In this document: piece after piece, positions 49,294-58,746 of the stretch
How positions within the stretch are numbered: the first letter of the stretch is position 1
How the letters are laid out: every line of letters starts with the position of its first letter
Assembly (NCBI GenBank): GCA_963675785.1
Contig: OY776562.1
Location: 1,678,893 to 1,742,892, forward strand
Direction: 5' to 3'
DNA: 64,000 nt
Source of the DNA: Anaerolineae bacterium
GTDB lineage: Bacteria; Chloroflexota; Anaerolineae; UBA1429
Notes under the pieces: model-generated
Seen by the model: the letters and a program-made list of their open reading frames with translations, nothing else
The model's database searches: none
Told to the model about the DNA's origin: nothing
Made by a program: the position numbers and the translations under genes

Positions 49294-49905
49294 ATGAACC
49301 GCAAAACAACCTATGTTTTGCTGGCAGTGCTGCTGGTGCTGGCCGCCTACATGCTGATTTTTGACCAGAACAACACTGAAGAGGAGGAGACCAGCACAAC
49401 CCCTACGGCTGTGCCTCTCGACCCACTGTTGACCCTGGATACCAGTACCGTGACGGCAATCGAACTCGTCCAGGTAGAAACCGGCGAAACTGTGCAAGTC
49501 ACGCTTGGCGACGACGGCGTCTGGATGCTGGAAGGCGATGAGGGTGGCGAGGCCGATACCGATGACATCGATACCTTAATGTACACTGTTGGCGATCTGG
49601 TGCCCGATACCGAGATTGGCACTGGTGCTTTAGCAGCCGACTATGGCCTGGATCCGGCAACCTACACCTTGACACTGACCACACCTGATGGTGACATCGT
49701 ATTGCTTGTTGGTCCCGATACCATCTCGTACTCGGGCAACTATGCCATGGTTGAAGGTGAGGATCGCATCGTCATTATCTCTTCAACCGATGAGTACTAT
49801 TTGACGAGTTGGATATCCTCTCCGCCGCTGGCGCCAACGCCAACACCCGAACCAACGGCAACACCCGAAACAACAGACGAGCCTACAGCAACACCTGCCT
49901 CCTAA
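49294..49905 (+). CDS. DUF4340-like exported protein that accompanies GldG-type exporters
   Basis: N-terminal TM/signal segment, acidic/Thr-rich; ATG 49294 with GGAGGAGG upstream. Confidence 0.5.
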   Translation: MNRKTTYVLLAVLLVLAAYMLIFDQNNTEEEETSTTPTAVPLDPLLTLDTSTVTAIELVQVETGETVQVTLGDDGVWMLEGDEGGEADTDDIDTLMYTVGDLVPDTEIGTGALAADYGLDPATYTLTLTTPDGDIVLLVGPDTISYSGNYAMVEGEDRIVIISSTDEYYLTSWISSPPLAPTPTPEPTATPETTDEPTATPAS

Positions 49906-49921
49906 AGAAGGGAGAGCAAAT

Positions 49922-49957
49922 GAAAAAAGGGGACTACCCAGAAGGTAGTCCCCTTTT
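49922..49957. terminator. Bidirectional terminator (GGGGACTACC-cagaa-GGTAGTCCCC, flanked by A6 and T4)
   Basis: Perfect 10-bp stem between convergent genes. Confidence 0.8.
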
Positions 49958-49970
49958 GTGTGCGTAACGC

Positions 49971-50351
49971 CTATTCGGTAGCAGCCTTATAAGCCCGCAC
50001 AATAAAGGGCATATAGCTCAACATGCTCTCAGCTGTATACTCGCTGCCGCGTAAATTGATGGCTCCCGCCATATAAGCAGACTCGCCATTCAGTTTTCCA
50101 GAAAGCAGTTTGTCAATGGTAGAAGCCTTGGCTACTACGCTAAAAGAGGTCTTGTCCTCAGGCTCGACCTTGCCAGTAAATACGCCCTTTTCCAAAAATA
50201 CCCCGTACCGAGCACCTATATCCGACGCTTCGAGGAGCATCGAGATCGACGCTCGCTCAATACGCTTGAGAAATTGTTCGTCACCGCTCAATTTCTCCGA
50301 AAGCGCATCAAGCACTTTGTACATATCCTCTTTGGTTGTAAACTCGGCCAC
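49971..50351 (-). CDS. SCP2 sterol-carrier-like domain protein
   Basis: …KLNGESAYMAGAINLRG… resembles the SCP2 C-terminus. Start chosen at GTG 50351 with AAGGAGG 7 nt upstream; the ORF track extends to 50450 through a hydrophobic leader. Confidence 0.5.
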   Translation of the reverse strand: MAEFTTKEDMYKVLDALSEKLSGDEQFLKRIERASISMLLEASDIGARYGVFLEKGVFTGKVEPEDKTSFSVVAKASTIDKLLSGKLNGESAYMAGAINLRGSEYTAESMLSYMPFIVRAYKAATE

Positions 50352-50562
50352 GCTGCATCCTCCTTGATACATACTTTTCCACATTATACAGATTGAAAGA
50401 TACAACACAAGCAAACCAGCACCACCGCAGATAATTAGAAACAAACGCAACGCGATATCTTAATTTCTGCACTAACAAGAGTGATTAGCGCACTCTCACG
50501 CTGGACAAGCGCAAGCCGAGCCGTACAATGCCGTTGATGTTCTGTCAGAAGGGAGAAAATCC

Positions 50563-52443
50563 ATGTTGCAAGAACGATATCCCATCGATAGGCTGCGTTC
50601 AGTTCTCAAGCCGCGCCAGGGTTGGCACCCATTCCCTATCGCCACAAACCGCGAGTCCTGGAAGGCTTTGACCCAATATCCGCTCAATCAGGCGCGCAAG
50701 GCCCGTTTCATCGGCCAGGCAGAGCTCTACCTGGGGCAGCCCTGGTCGCCCCTTTCGGCCGTGCGCTATATGGACTATGGACGTAACGGCAACCGTACCC
50801 GCTATCAGGAATTCTACTTTGAGCGACGCGACCGTCTATCCATACTAGTTCTGGCAGAGTGTTTTGAACACAAAGGCCGCTTTATTGATGAGATCATCAA
50901 CGGCCTGTGGCTCATCTGTGAAGAGACCACCTGGGTCATCCCCGCCCACTCTATCAAAGCATCCTGCGAGGTGCTGCCTATCCTAGATGGCCAAACCGTC
51001 GATCTCTTTGCCAGCCAAACGGCGCTGGTGCTTGCCCTGGTCTATGACTTGCTACAGGACGAGCTCGACGCCGTATCGCCCGTGGTGGGTCAGCGCATCC
51101 GTCAACAAATCGATACCCAGGTGCTGGAACCCGTCGAAGAACGTATTGTTGCCAAATGGTGGGATGGCCATAACAACTGGACGCCATGGATCTGCTCCAA
51201 TTGCCTGGGTGCCGCCATGCTCACCTGGGACGACCCTGACCGCGTGGCCCGCTACGTGCACCGTCTCATGGAGCCGGTGGACAATTTCCTTAATGATTAT
51301 GCGGATGAAGGCGGCTGCGACGAGGGGCCCAGCTATTGGAGTCGCGCCGCTGGCACGCTGCTGATCTTTTTAGATCTGCTCTACGACCGCAGCGACGGCC
51401 AAATCGACGTCTATGATGAGCAAAAAATAAAGGCCATGGGCGAATACTTTGCCTATGCTCACCTGGATGGCCCCTGGTTCACCAACTATGCCGATGCCCC
51501 AGCCAACTGCCGGGTTCAGCGTGGCGTCACCTATCGCTACGGCGAGCGTGTTGGCAGCGATATGATGCGCGATACCGTGCTGATGCAAATGCACAACTGG
51601 CAGGCCGATGGCGAAATCGAAGAACTGCACGGAGAGTTACGCGGCGATGGCATACTGCAGATGCTGGCCGAGATGTTTTGGATTCCTGGCGACGCCAAGC
51701 CCTTCAACCTACCGCGCCCGCTCGAGGCCTGGTATCCCGATATCCAGATGGCGGTGGTACGTAGCTCGGATGTTGCTGATAACGGCCTGGTAATGGCGAT
51801 CAAGGGAAACCACAACGGAGAAAGCCACAACCACAACGATGTGGGCCATTTTGTGGTGATGCTGAACGGTGAACCGGGCATCATCGACCTGGGTACCGAG
51901 GATTACACCGCTCAGACCTTTGGCCCGCGCCGCTATGAGCTGTGGTGCACCCGTGCCAACGGCCACAACATGCCTGTGTTTGACGGCATCGAACAGACAG
52001 CAGGCGAAAAATACGCCGCAAAGAACGTTTCTTTCATGGATGACGGCGCTCTGGCTACATTCCGGGCCGATATCGCTGGCGCTTATCCCGCCGAAACCGG
52101 CCTGACCAGTCTGGTACGTACGGCCACCTTTGACCGCAATGCCGTTTCTGCCGTCATCGAGGATGTCATCGTGCGCGGTAAACCTACCAAAGTTCTGGAA
52201 CTCTATCTTTATAGCTGGAAGGAGCCACGTCAGATCGGCCCGGGCTGTATCAGCATCGCTACAGCGCCGCAAGAGCTGGGACTGGGTTTTGACAGCAGCC
52301 TTTTCACCGCCGAGATCAAGGAAATGCCCGTTACTGACCACAAGCTGGGTCTAGCCTGGGGAGATCGTGTCTACCGCATCAAGTTGACCGCCTCCTTGCC
52401 AGCCTGCGAGACCGCTTACAATCTCACCTTTACCCCGCGATAG
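50563..52443 (+). CDS. Heparinase II/III-like polysaccharide lyase family protein, paralog A
   Basis: WWDGHNNWTPWICSNCLGAAM and GESHNHNDVGHF motifs. Confidence 0.75.
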   Translation: MLQERYPIDRLRSVLKPRQGWHPFPIATNRESWKALTQYPLNQARKARFIGQAELYLGQPWSPLSAVRYMDYGRNGNRTRYQEFYFERRDRLSILVLAECFEHKGRFIDEIINGLWLICEETTWVIPAHSIKASCEVLPILDGQTVDLFASQTALVLALVYDLLQDELDAVSPVVGQRIRQQIDTQVLEPVEERIVAKWWDGHNNWTPWICSNCLGAAMLTWDDPDRVARYVHRLMEPVDNFLNDYADEGGCDEGPSYWSRAAGTLLIFLDLLYDRSDGQIDVYDEQKIKAMGEYFAYAHLDGPWFTNYADAPANCRVQRGVTYRYGERVGSDMMRDTVLMQMHNWQADGEIEELHGELRGDGILQMLAEMFWIPGDAKPFNLPRPLEAWYPDIQMAVVRSSDVADNGLVMAIKGNHNGESHNHNDVGHFVVMLNGEPGIIDLGTEDYTAQTFGPRRYELWCTRANGHNMPVFDGIEQTAGEKYAAKNVSFMDDGALATFRADIAGAYPAETGLTSLVRTATFDRNAVSAVIEDVIVRGKPTKVLELYLYSWKEPRQIGPGCISIATAPQELGLGFDSSLFTAEIKEMPVTDHKLGLAWGDRVYRIKLTASLPACETAYNLTFTPR

Positions 52444-52458
52444 CTAGAGGAGTGCGTC

Positions 52459-54411
52459 ATGCTGCAAGAAAAATACACCGTACAGGATCTGCGCAAGGTT
52501 TTTGTGCCGCGTGAAACGTGGGACTATGTGCCCACAGCCGCTGCTCGCGAAGCCTGGGCCGAACTGAGCAGGTCTACGCTCAATCAATGCCGTAAGGCCT
52601 ATTTAGTTGCTCGCGCCGAAGCTCTGGTAGGCCAGCCTTGGCCCTTTTTGCCGGCCACAGCCTATATGGATTTTGGGCGTAACGGCAACCGTACCCGCTA
52701 CGAAAACCCCTACCACGAGCGCCGAGAGCGGCTCTCCATCCTGGCCTTGGCCGAATGCTGGGAACACAAGGGACGATTTATTGACGAGATCGTCAACGGC
52801 ATCTGGACCATCTGCGAGGAAACCACCTGGGTGGTGCCGGCGCATTCGGCCAAGGGGCCCAAGGGCGTCTTAGCCCGGCTTGAAATGCCCCTTGTCGATC
52901 TCTTTTCCACGCAAACGGCGCTGGTGTTGGGGCATGTAGATTACCTGTTAGGGCCCGAGTTGGATGCTGTATCGCCCATTGTGCGCCAGCGACTGCGTCA
53001 GCAGGTCGAAGAACAGGTATTGACTGAAATCGAAACGCGCAACGATTTTTGGTGGTGGGATGGCCACAACAACTGGACGCCATGGTGCAGCGGCAACTGT
53101 CTGGGCGCAGCCATGTGTCTGTGGGATGATCCCGACAGGCTGGCTGCTCTGACCCATCGCCTTATGGAGCCAGTAGATCGTTTTCTGGCCCAATACGGCG
53201 TCGATGGCGGGTGTGATGAGGGCCCCAACTATTGGGGACGTGCTGGCGGTGCCCTTCTCGATTTTCTCGAACTACTCTACACCCGCTCCAACGGCGCCGT
53301 TAGCGTTTACGATGAGCCCAAGATTGCTAACATGGGCATCTATCTGGCGCGGGCACACATGGACGGCCCCTGGTTCACCAACTTTGCCGATGCGCCAGCC
53401 AAATCCCATGTGCGACTGGCCCAGGTCTACCGCTATGGCGAGCGGGTTGGCAGCGAGGAGTTGAGCAACCTGGCACTGCTGGCCATGCGCAGTTGGTATC
53501 CCGATGGAGAGATCGACCATCCGCTGCCCGACCTGGGCGGCGACAGCATCGTGGATGTGATGCGCCTGCTCTGCTGGGTGCCCGCCGATGCCAGAGCCCG
53601 CGCTCTGCCCCGCCCCACCAGCAGTTGGTTCGAAAGCATTCAGGTGGCTATCCTGCGCCAAAGCGAGCGTAACAGCGAGGGTCTGGTTCTAGCGGCCAAA
53701 GGTGGCAACAACGGCGAAAGCCACAACCATAACGATATCGGCCACTTTATGCTCATGTGCGACGGAGAGCCGGCCATCATCGATGTGGGTGTAGAAACCT
53801 ATACAGCGCAAACCTTTAGTCCCCGGCGTTACGAACTGTGGTGCATTCGCTCATCGGGGCATAACGTCCCCTTGATCGACGGTATCGAACAGGGGCTGAA
53901 TGCCGAACAGCTTCGTGATCCTGCACGATTAGGCACAGGCATGCACTTTGACGACATTGTGCTAGCGCCAGCCAGCAGCTACTGCGCTACGGACTATAGC
54001 TTTGAGGATAACGGCACCACGGCCATCTTCACCGAGAACATTGCCACAGCCTATCCGGCAGAAATAGAACTGGAGAGCCTCATCCGCACCTTCCGATTTG
54101 ATCGCGCCAAGGGCCAGGTCACTGTTACCGATGCTTTGAATCGCAAGGTGCCCACCGCCAGTTACATCCTGCCATTCTACACGCTGTATCACGTCAACCG
54201 TCCTGCTCCGGGCAGGCTGGTTATCGAATTACCCGACCGTAAGCTGGCCTGGGATTACGACCCCGCACTGTTTATCACCGAAACGGTGTCAGTAGACATC
54301 GAGGATCCCAACCTGCAGCGCTCCTGGGGATCGCGTATTTTCAAAACCACCTTCAAGGCCGTGCTGCCCGCAGGCCATATCGAGTACACACTTTCGTTTA
54401 GCAGGATCTAG
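52459..54411 (+). CDS. Heparinase II/III-like polysaccharide lyase family protein, paralog B
   Basis: Same motifs (WWDGHNNWTPWCSGNCLGAAM, GESHNHNDIGHF); clearly paralogous to the gene above but strongly diverged. Confidence 0.75.
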   Translation: MLQEKYTVQDLRKVFVPRETWDYVPTAAAREAWAELSRSTLNQCRKAYLVARAEALVGQPWPFLPATAYMDFGRNGNRTRYENPYHERRERLSILALAECWEHKGRFIDEIVNGIWTICEETTWVVPAHSAKGPKGVLARLEMPLVDLFSTQTALVLGHVDYLLGPELDAVSPIVRQRLRQQVEEQVLTEIETRNDFWWWDGHNNWTPWCSGNCLGAAMCLWDDPDRLAALTHRLMEPVDRFLAQYGVDGGCDEGPNYWGRAGGALLDFLELLYTRSNGAVSVYDEPKIANMGIYLARAHMDGPWFTNFADAPAKSHVRLAQVYRYGERVGSEELSNLALLAMRSWYPDGEIDHPLPDLGGDSIVDVMRLLCWVPADARARALPRPTSSWFESIQVAILRQSERNSEGLVLAAKGGNNGESHNHNDIGHFMLMCDGEPAIIDVGVETYTAQTFSPRRYELWCIRSSGHNVPLIDGIEQGLNAEQLRDPARLGTGMHFDDIVLAPASSYCATDYSFEDNGTTAIFTENIATAYPAEIELESLIRTFRFDRAKGQVTVTDALNRKVPTASYILPFYTLYHVNRPAPGRLVIELPDRKLAWDYDPALFITETVSVDIEDPNLQRSWGSRIFKTTFKAVLPAGHIEYTLSFSRI

Positions 54412-54417
54412 TATCTA

Positions 54418-54449
54418 GTGGCCGCCATCTTACGATGGCGGCCACTTTT
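54418..54449 (+). terminator. Rho-independent terminator (GTGGCCGCCATC-ttac-GATGGCGGCCAC-TTTT)
   Basis: Perfect 12-bp stem plus T-run. Confidence 0.85.
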
Positions 54450-54575
54450 CACAAGGATACGAGAGAACAGATGCCGTGTTCTCATATCAACAAATGCATC
54501 CGATTTTGCCATCCTCAGCCAAGCTCTAATCATCTGCAACGCAGTCGCCAAACAGAATCGAGTGAAAGGGTACCC

Positions 54576-56336
54576 ATGACGCAATACCTGGATTACAACG
54601 CTCGTATGGCCATCCCCGACAAGCTTTTCACACCCCTGCACGGTGTGCACCTCACAGGCGGTCTGCTGCGGCAAGTCTTTGATGATAACATCGCCTTTAT
54701 CCAGCGATTGGATATGGACCGCATGCGCTACTGGTTCGACATCAAGCAGGGCCGAGAGCCTCAAGCCGAACGTTATCCCGGCCACTTTGAGGATAATCTC
54801 AAGGGACAGACTGCCTCCCAATACCTTATGGGTGCTGGCAATGTGTTACGTTGGGAAGAACATCAAACCTTGCGAGATGGCGTAACCCAGGTCATCGATT
54901 TTATCACCGAGGCAGCCGAGAACGACGGCTTTCTCATGCCGGTGGACAAATTCCACTTTGCCTATCGCGAATACCCCCATTATGTGCGCATCTGGCTCAC
55001 TTACGGCCTCATCGCGGCAGCTCGCGGCGGTGACAAACGTGCTTTTCCACTGCTGCGCCGCTGGCAGGATTGGTTCAATCGTTGCCCCGATCTGCCGGTC
55101 ATCAAATACCTGGAGTTGGCCTTTCAGGGCGTGGTTGCATCTACCAGTGTGTTTGCCACCGAGATCGGCTGCAATCAGGATATGGATATCTGCCGCCAGT
55201 ATTACGAAGAAACCTGGCGCCTGGCCCAATTCATCGCCCACGAGAGGGACGCTGTGCATATCCGCCATCAACACGGCAAAGAACCCCATTCCCACGGCAG
55301 CGAGCTAGAAGCCTTTGAAGGCTATCTCGATTTGTATCGCTACAGCGGCGCGCCTTATATCCTCAACGCGGTGATGGGCTGCTGGGATCTGTACAAGCAA
55401 GACTGGCAGCACCCTGGTGGCGGTATTGTCATGTGCGAGGCTTCACCCGAGGCCTATCCGGGCTGCAACCTATTCTACACGAGCCATCACTATAATGAGC
55501 TGTGCTGTTCATCCTTTTGGCTGCATATGAACCAACGGCTGCATCGGCTCTTCCCCGATGAGGAAAAGTACGTCTTTGAGGTGGAACAATCGCTCTATAA
55601 CGTCGCCATTGCCAACCAGAACGGCGGCAAGGATATTCGCTACTTTGCCTACCTGGACGATCATAAAATGACGCCGGAACGTCTTAACCATTGTTGCTCT
55701 GGCGTGGGCACGCGCATCTTTGGTTCGTTACCCGAATATCTGTTCACGTTGAACGGAGATACACTCTCTTGCGATTTGTACGGGCAGGCCGAACTGGATT
55801 GGGAGAGCACGCATCAGCTCATCCACGTGACCGAAACCAGCGATTATCCCTATGATGGTCGTGTATCCGTTGCTTTCACCATGGCCAGTCCACAAGAGTT
55901 CACGTTACGTATTCGCATTCCCCAATACGCCACCACAAAAGTACAGATCCTGCTGAACGGGCAATCTTTGGCTGAAGGTGACCCAGGGAGCTATGTGGCC
56001 CTCTATCGGCAATGGCAGCCCGGCGATATCATCACTCTTGATATTCCCATGCAGTTCGCGGCTCACCCTTACAATGGCGCCTGCGAGGTTGAAGGATTTG
56101 AACGTTGTGCCTATACCTATGGGCCGCTGCTGATGGCTATAGTAGGCGAGCGCAATCACGAGTTGGGCATTATTGTGGAGGGCAACGCGGAAGAATTCAT
56201 CAGCAAGCTGCGCCCCACCAATCAGCCCCTGCATTACAGTGTAGAGGGCCAGCCCGACCTGGCTGTCGTCCCTTATTTAGAAATCCAAGAAGAGGGCTTT
56301 AGCTGCTTTCCCATGTTCTCAAACAAACAGGGATAA
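54576..56336 (+). CDS. Large glycoside-hydrolase-like protein, DUF1680/GH127 (beta-L-arabinofuranosidase)-like (tentative)
   Basis: About 586 aa from ATG 54576 (MTQYLDY…). The ORF track starts upstream at 54435, spanning the terminator hairpin, which is unlikely. Cys-rich segment HHYNELCCSSFW. Family assignment by resemblance only. Confidence 0.45.
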   Translation: MTQYLDYNARMAIPDKLFTPLHGVHLTGGLLRQVFDDNIAFIQRLDMDRMRYWFDIKQGREPQAERYPGHFEDNLKGQTASQYLMGAGNVLRWEEHQTLRDGVTQVIDFITEAAENDGFLMPVDKFHFAYREYPHYVRIWLTYGLIAAARGGDKRAFPLLRRWQDWFNRCPDLPVIKYLELAFQGVVASTSVFATEIGCNQDMDICRQYYEETWRLAQFIAHERDAVHIRHQHGKEPHSHGSELEAFEGYLDLYRYSGAPYILNAVMGCWDLYKQDWQHPGGGIVMCEASPEAYPGCNLFYTSHHYNELCCSSFWLHMNQRLHRLFPDEEKYVFEVEQSLYNVAIANQNGGKDIRYFAYLDDHKMTPERLNHCCSGVGTRIFGSLPEYLFTLNGDTLSCDLYGQAELDWESTHQLIHVTETSDYPYDGRVSVAFTMASPQEFTLRIRIPQYATTKVQILLNGQSLAEGDPGSYVALYRQWQPGDIITLDIPMQFAAHPYNGACEVEGFERCAYTYGPLLMAIVGERNHELGIIVEGNAEEFISKLRPTNQPLHYSVEGQPDLAVVPYLEIQEEGFSCFPMFSNKQG

Positions 56337-56387
56337 TCCCTGCACAACGAACGCGCTTTTGTACTGATAGAATCAGTCGAACACGGC

Positions 56388-56436
56388 GAAAACCCAAAAG
56401 AGAACATCCCCGGCCTGCACAGGCCGGGGATGTTCC
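56388..56436 (-). terminator. Rho-independent terminator of SBP gene copy 1 (GAACATCCCCGGCC-tgcaca-GGCCGGGGATGTTC)
   Basis: Perfect 14-bp stem; U-tract on the minus strand (plus-strand AAAACCCAAAAGAGA). Confidence 0.8.
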
Positions 56437-56456
56437 GTCTCAGGAAGCGAATATGC

Positions 56457-58463
56457 TTAGGAATGATCCGCGGGGACGTCCCAGAAGTAGGTCTGGGGGT
56501 TGTGTAGATCCTCGTCCTCAGTCGTGTCGTCCACTGGCTGGCCATCGAAAGCCAAGTTCTTCATGCCGTTCTTGACGATGCACAGCGCGGGCTTTTCACC
56601 TAGTATGCCAATCATCGGCACCTGCTCGACCCAGATGTCCAAGATGTTCCTGAAATACTGGTTGCGCGCCTCTTCATCAGGTTCAACCACCATCGCCGCA
56701 TGGTTGTCCCAGATGTCCCAGATCCAGTGGCCCTCGGGCGGCTCTTCAGCATTAGGATACGTGGCATCCCTGTTGTTGTTCCAGTAAATAGCCCAGGCAG
56801 CACACCAGGGGCGGTCGTTCATGGAACCAATAAAGATCCACGGCGCCACGATCGGCAGTACTGAGCGGTCACCACCCCAGTTCGCCGCTTCGATCTCGTT
56901 GGCCTCATAGTGCTCTGTATACAGCGAACGCTCGTTGTACTTGTAAGCACAGTTGATGCCTATATCGTTCCAGTACCCAATGGTCAAAAGAGCAACATCC
57001 TCACCCACTGAGCCGCTCGAGTCAGTGCCTTCGATGGTGAAGGACAACGTGCTGCCATCCGGATACTCGCGGAGGCCATCTCCGTTGGTGTCCACATAAC
57101 CTGCGCCATCCAGCAAGCTCTTGGCCGTCTCTGGATCGTACTCGATGTAACTGTTGCTCAACGCCTCATAGTATTGCGGCGAGACGCTGAGGGGGCTGTA
57201 CTGACGCGGTGTGCACTGCCCGTCATACACCAGCTCGTTGATCTCTTCGCGGTTGATAGCCAGCATAAAGGCCTTGCGCACATCCAGGATATTAAAGAAC
57301 TCGCGCAGCGGCTCGTTCTTCGTTGTCAGGTTCAGCTGAATGCCATCGTGGCTGGCATTAATACCCACAGCGACTTTGTAATCGCCGCTTGCCTCGCTCT
57401 CCTTGAAGAGGGTATAGTTGCCAACGTCCACGTGACGGTACTGCATGTCGATCTCGCCGTTCACAGCCCACATGTTGAACACGTCAATGGTCTCGAACAA
57501 GCGGTGCTGAACCTTGTCGATGTAGGGCAGCTGCTGTCCGGACTCGTCTACCTGCCAGAAATAGGGGTTGCGGTTCATGATGTGCAGCTCGACAGACAGG
57601 TCCGTCTCTGGCGTCCAGGGGAAGAGTAGCGGCACTTCAGGATTGGTGCGCCAGCTCTCCTGGTTGGTCCAATAGTCAATGGGCGTGCTCAAACCAAGCG
57701 CCTCTGCCGCAGCCTGCAATGTGGCTGCATCGTTAAAGGCGGGGTGGAACTGCTCCAGATAGAAACCGGGATCCTGCGGAAGGTTGCGGGCCAACTCGTA
57801 AGCCAACAACGGCTTGGGCTCACCATAGGTCAGTGTGAAGGTAAAGTCATCCACAATGCCTAGATCCGCTGCTACTCGTGGAGTGCCCCATCCCCAACGC
57901 TCGGATGGCGTTGAAGTAATGTCCGTATAAGTCTGCACATTGTCCCAATACCACTTGACCCACTCGGTGGTAAACGGTGTGCCGTCACTGTACTTGGTGC
58001 CGGCGCGCAACGTTACTGTCCACACCGTCGCATCATCGTTCAATTCCCAGCTCTCGCACAGGTTGGCACGCAGAGCGAGATCGGGAGTGTACCAAGTCAG
58101 CCCTTCGTTGATAAACTTGGAGGGGCCGTTGCCATCCGATGTACCTTTGAAACCACGGCGCAGCGTGCCGCCATAGTTGCCCACCGATTCCATCACCGGG
58201 CATACACAGGGATTCTCTGGCAAACGATCTTCCACCGCCGGAAGCGTACCCGCCTCAACCATTTCGGCCAGCATTGGGGCTTCTGAGTAGGAGCTCACTA
58301 CGGGCGCAGTAGTCGCTGCTGCGGCAGTTGTGGGTGCAGTAGTCGCTGCTGCGGCAGTTGTGGGCTCGGGCTCCTCAGTCGGCTGGGCACAGGCAACCGC
58401 TACCGTCGCAGCAGCTGTTAGTGCCGATACTCGCAAAAACTCTCGACGTGTAATTTCTGACAC
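56457..58463 (-). CDS. ABC-transporter substrate-binding lipoprotein, family 5 (DppA/OppA-like), copy 1
   Basis: Tat/lipoprotein signal TRREFLRVSALTAAATVAVACAQ; GNYGGTLRRGF motif; Ala/Thr linker TTAAAATTAPTTAAAATTAP. Confidence 0.85.
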   Translation of the reverse strand: MSEITRREFLRVSALTAAATVAVACAQPTEEPEPTTAAAATTAPTTAAAATTAPVVSSYSEAPMLAEMVEAGTLPAVEDRLPENPCVCPVMESVGNYGGTLRRGFKGTSDGNGPSKFINEGLTWYTPDLALRANLCESWELNDDATVWTVTLRAGTKYSDGTPFTTEWVKWYWDNVQTYTDITSTPSERWGWGTPRVAADLGIVDDFTFTLTYGEPKPLLAYELARNLPQDPGFYLEQFHPAFNDAATLQAAAEALGLSTPIDYWTNQESWRTNPEVPLLFPWTPETDLSVELHIMNRNPYFWQVDESGQQLPYIDKVQHRLFETIDVFNMWAVNGEIDMQYRHVDVGNYTLFKESEASGDYKVAVGINASHDGIQLNLTTKNEPLREFFNILDVRKAFMLAINREEINELVYDGQCTPRQYSPLSVSPQYYEALSNSYIEYDPETAKSLLDGAGYVDTNGDGLREYPDGSTLSFTIEGTDSSGSVGEDVALLTIGYWNDIGINCAYKYNERSLYTEHYEANEIEAANWGGDRSVLPIVAPWIFIGSMNDRPWCAAWAIYWNNNRDATYPNAEEPPEGHWIWDIWDNHAAMVVEPDEEARNQYFRNILDIWVEQVPMIGILGEKPALCIVKNGMKNLAFDGQPVDDTTEDEDLHNPQTYFWDVPADHS

Positions 58464-58569
58464 CTTTTTCCTCCTCGTCGGGCAGAAAGCGCCGAGTCAT
58501 CTCTATTTTCCTCCGCCGCCCCGCCCATGCCTAAGCAATTTAGGCATTTAGAACAACAATATGGCGAGT

Positions 58570-58597
58570 GTTATAGCCTATGTTATAGGCATGTCAA
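58570..58597 (-). promoter_or_regulatory. Candidate sigma-70 promoter for SBP copy 1 (TTGACA-N16-TATAAC on the minus strand)
   Basis: Hexamers read on the minus strand about 100 nt upstream of start codon 58463. The shared GCTTGACATGCCTA motif is also present upstream of copy 2. Confidence 0.4.
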
Positions 58598-58691
58598 GCA
58601 AAAAAAGGGACGAATTTTATGATTTTCTGAAATTGCTCGTACTTGCCTTGCAACTAATGGTGACAGGAGTGACAACTCTCCCACAAAAAGA

Positions 58692-58725
58692 GAACATCCC
58701 CGGCCTGCACAGGCCGGGGATGTTC
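58692..58725 (-). terminator. Rho-independent terminator of SBP gene copy 2 (identical 14-bp stem hairpin)
   Basis: Same hairpin as 56402-56435, repeated as part of the tandem duplication. Confidence 0.8.
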
Positions 58726-58746
58726 CGTCTCAGGAAGCGAATATGC

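Noticed and set aside
51709-52341. 210-aa minus-strand ORF antisense to heparinase-like gene A
   Set aside because: Shadow ORF; the sense strand has family motifs and a paralog downstream.
54435-54575. N-terminal extension of the DUF1680-like ORF as called in the ORF track
   Set aside because: The extension spans the strong terminator hairpin of the upstream gene (54418-54449) and lacks an RBS. ATG 54576 is the plausible start.
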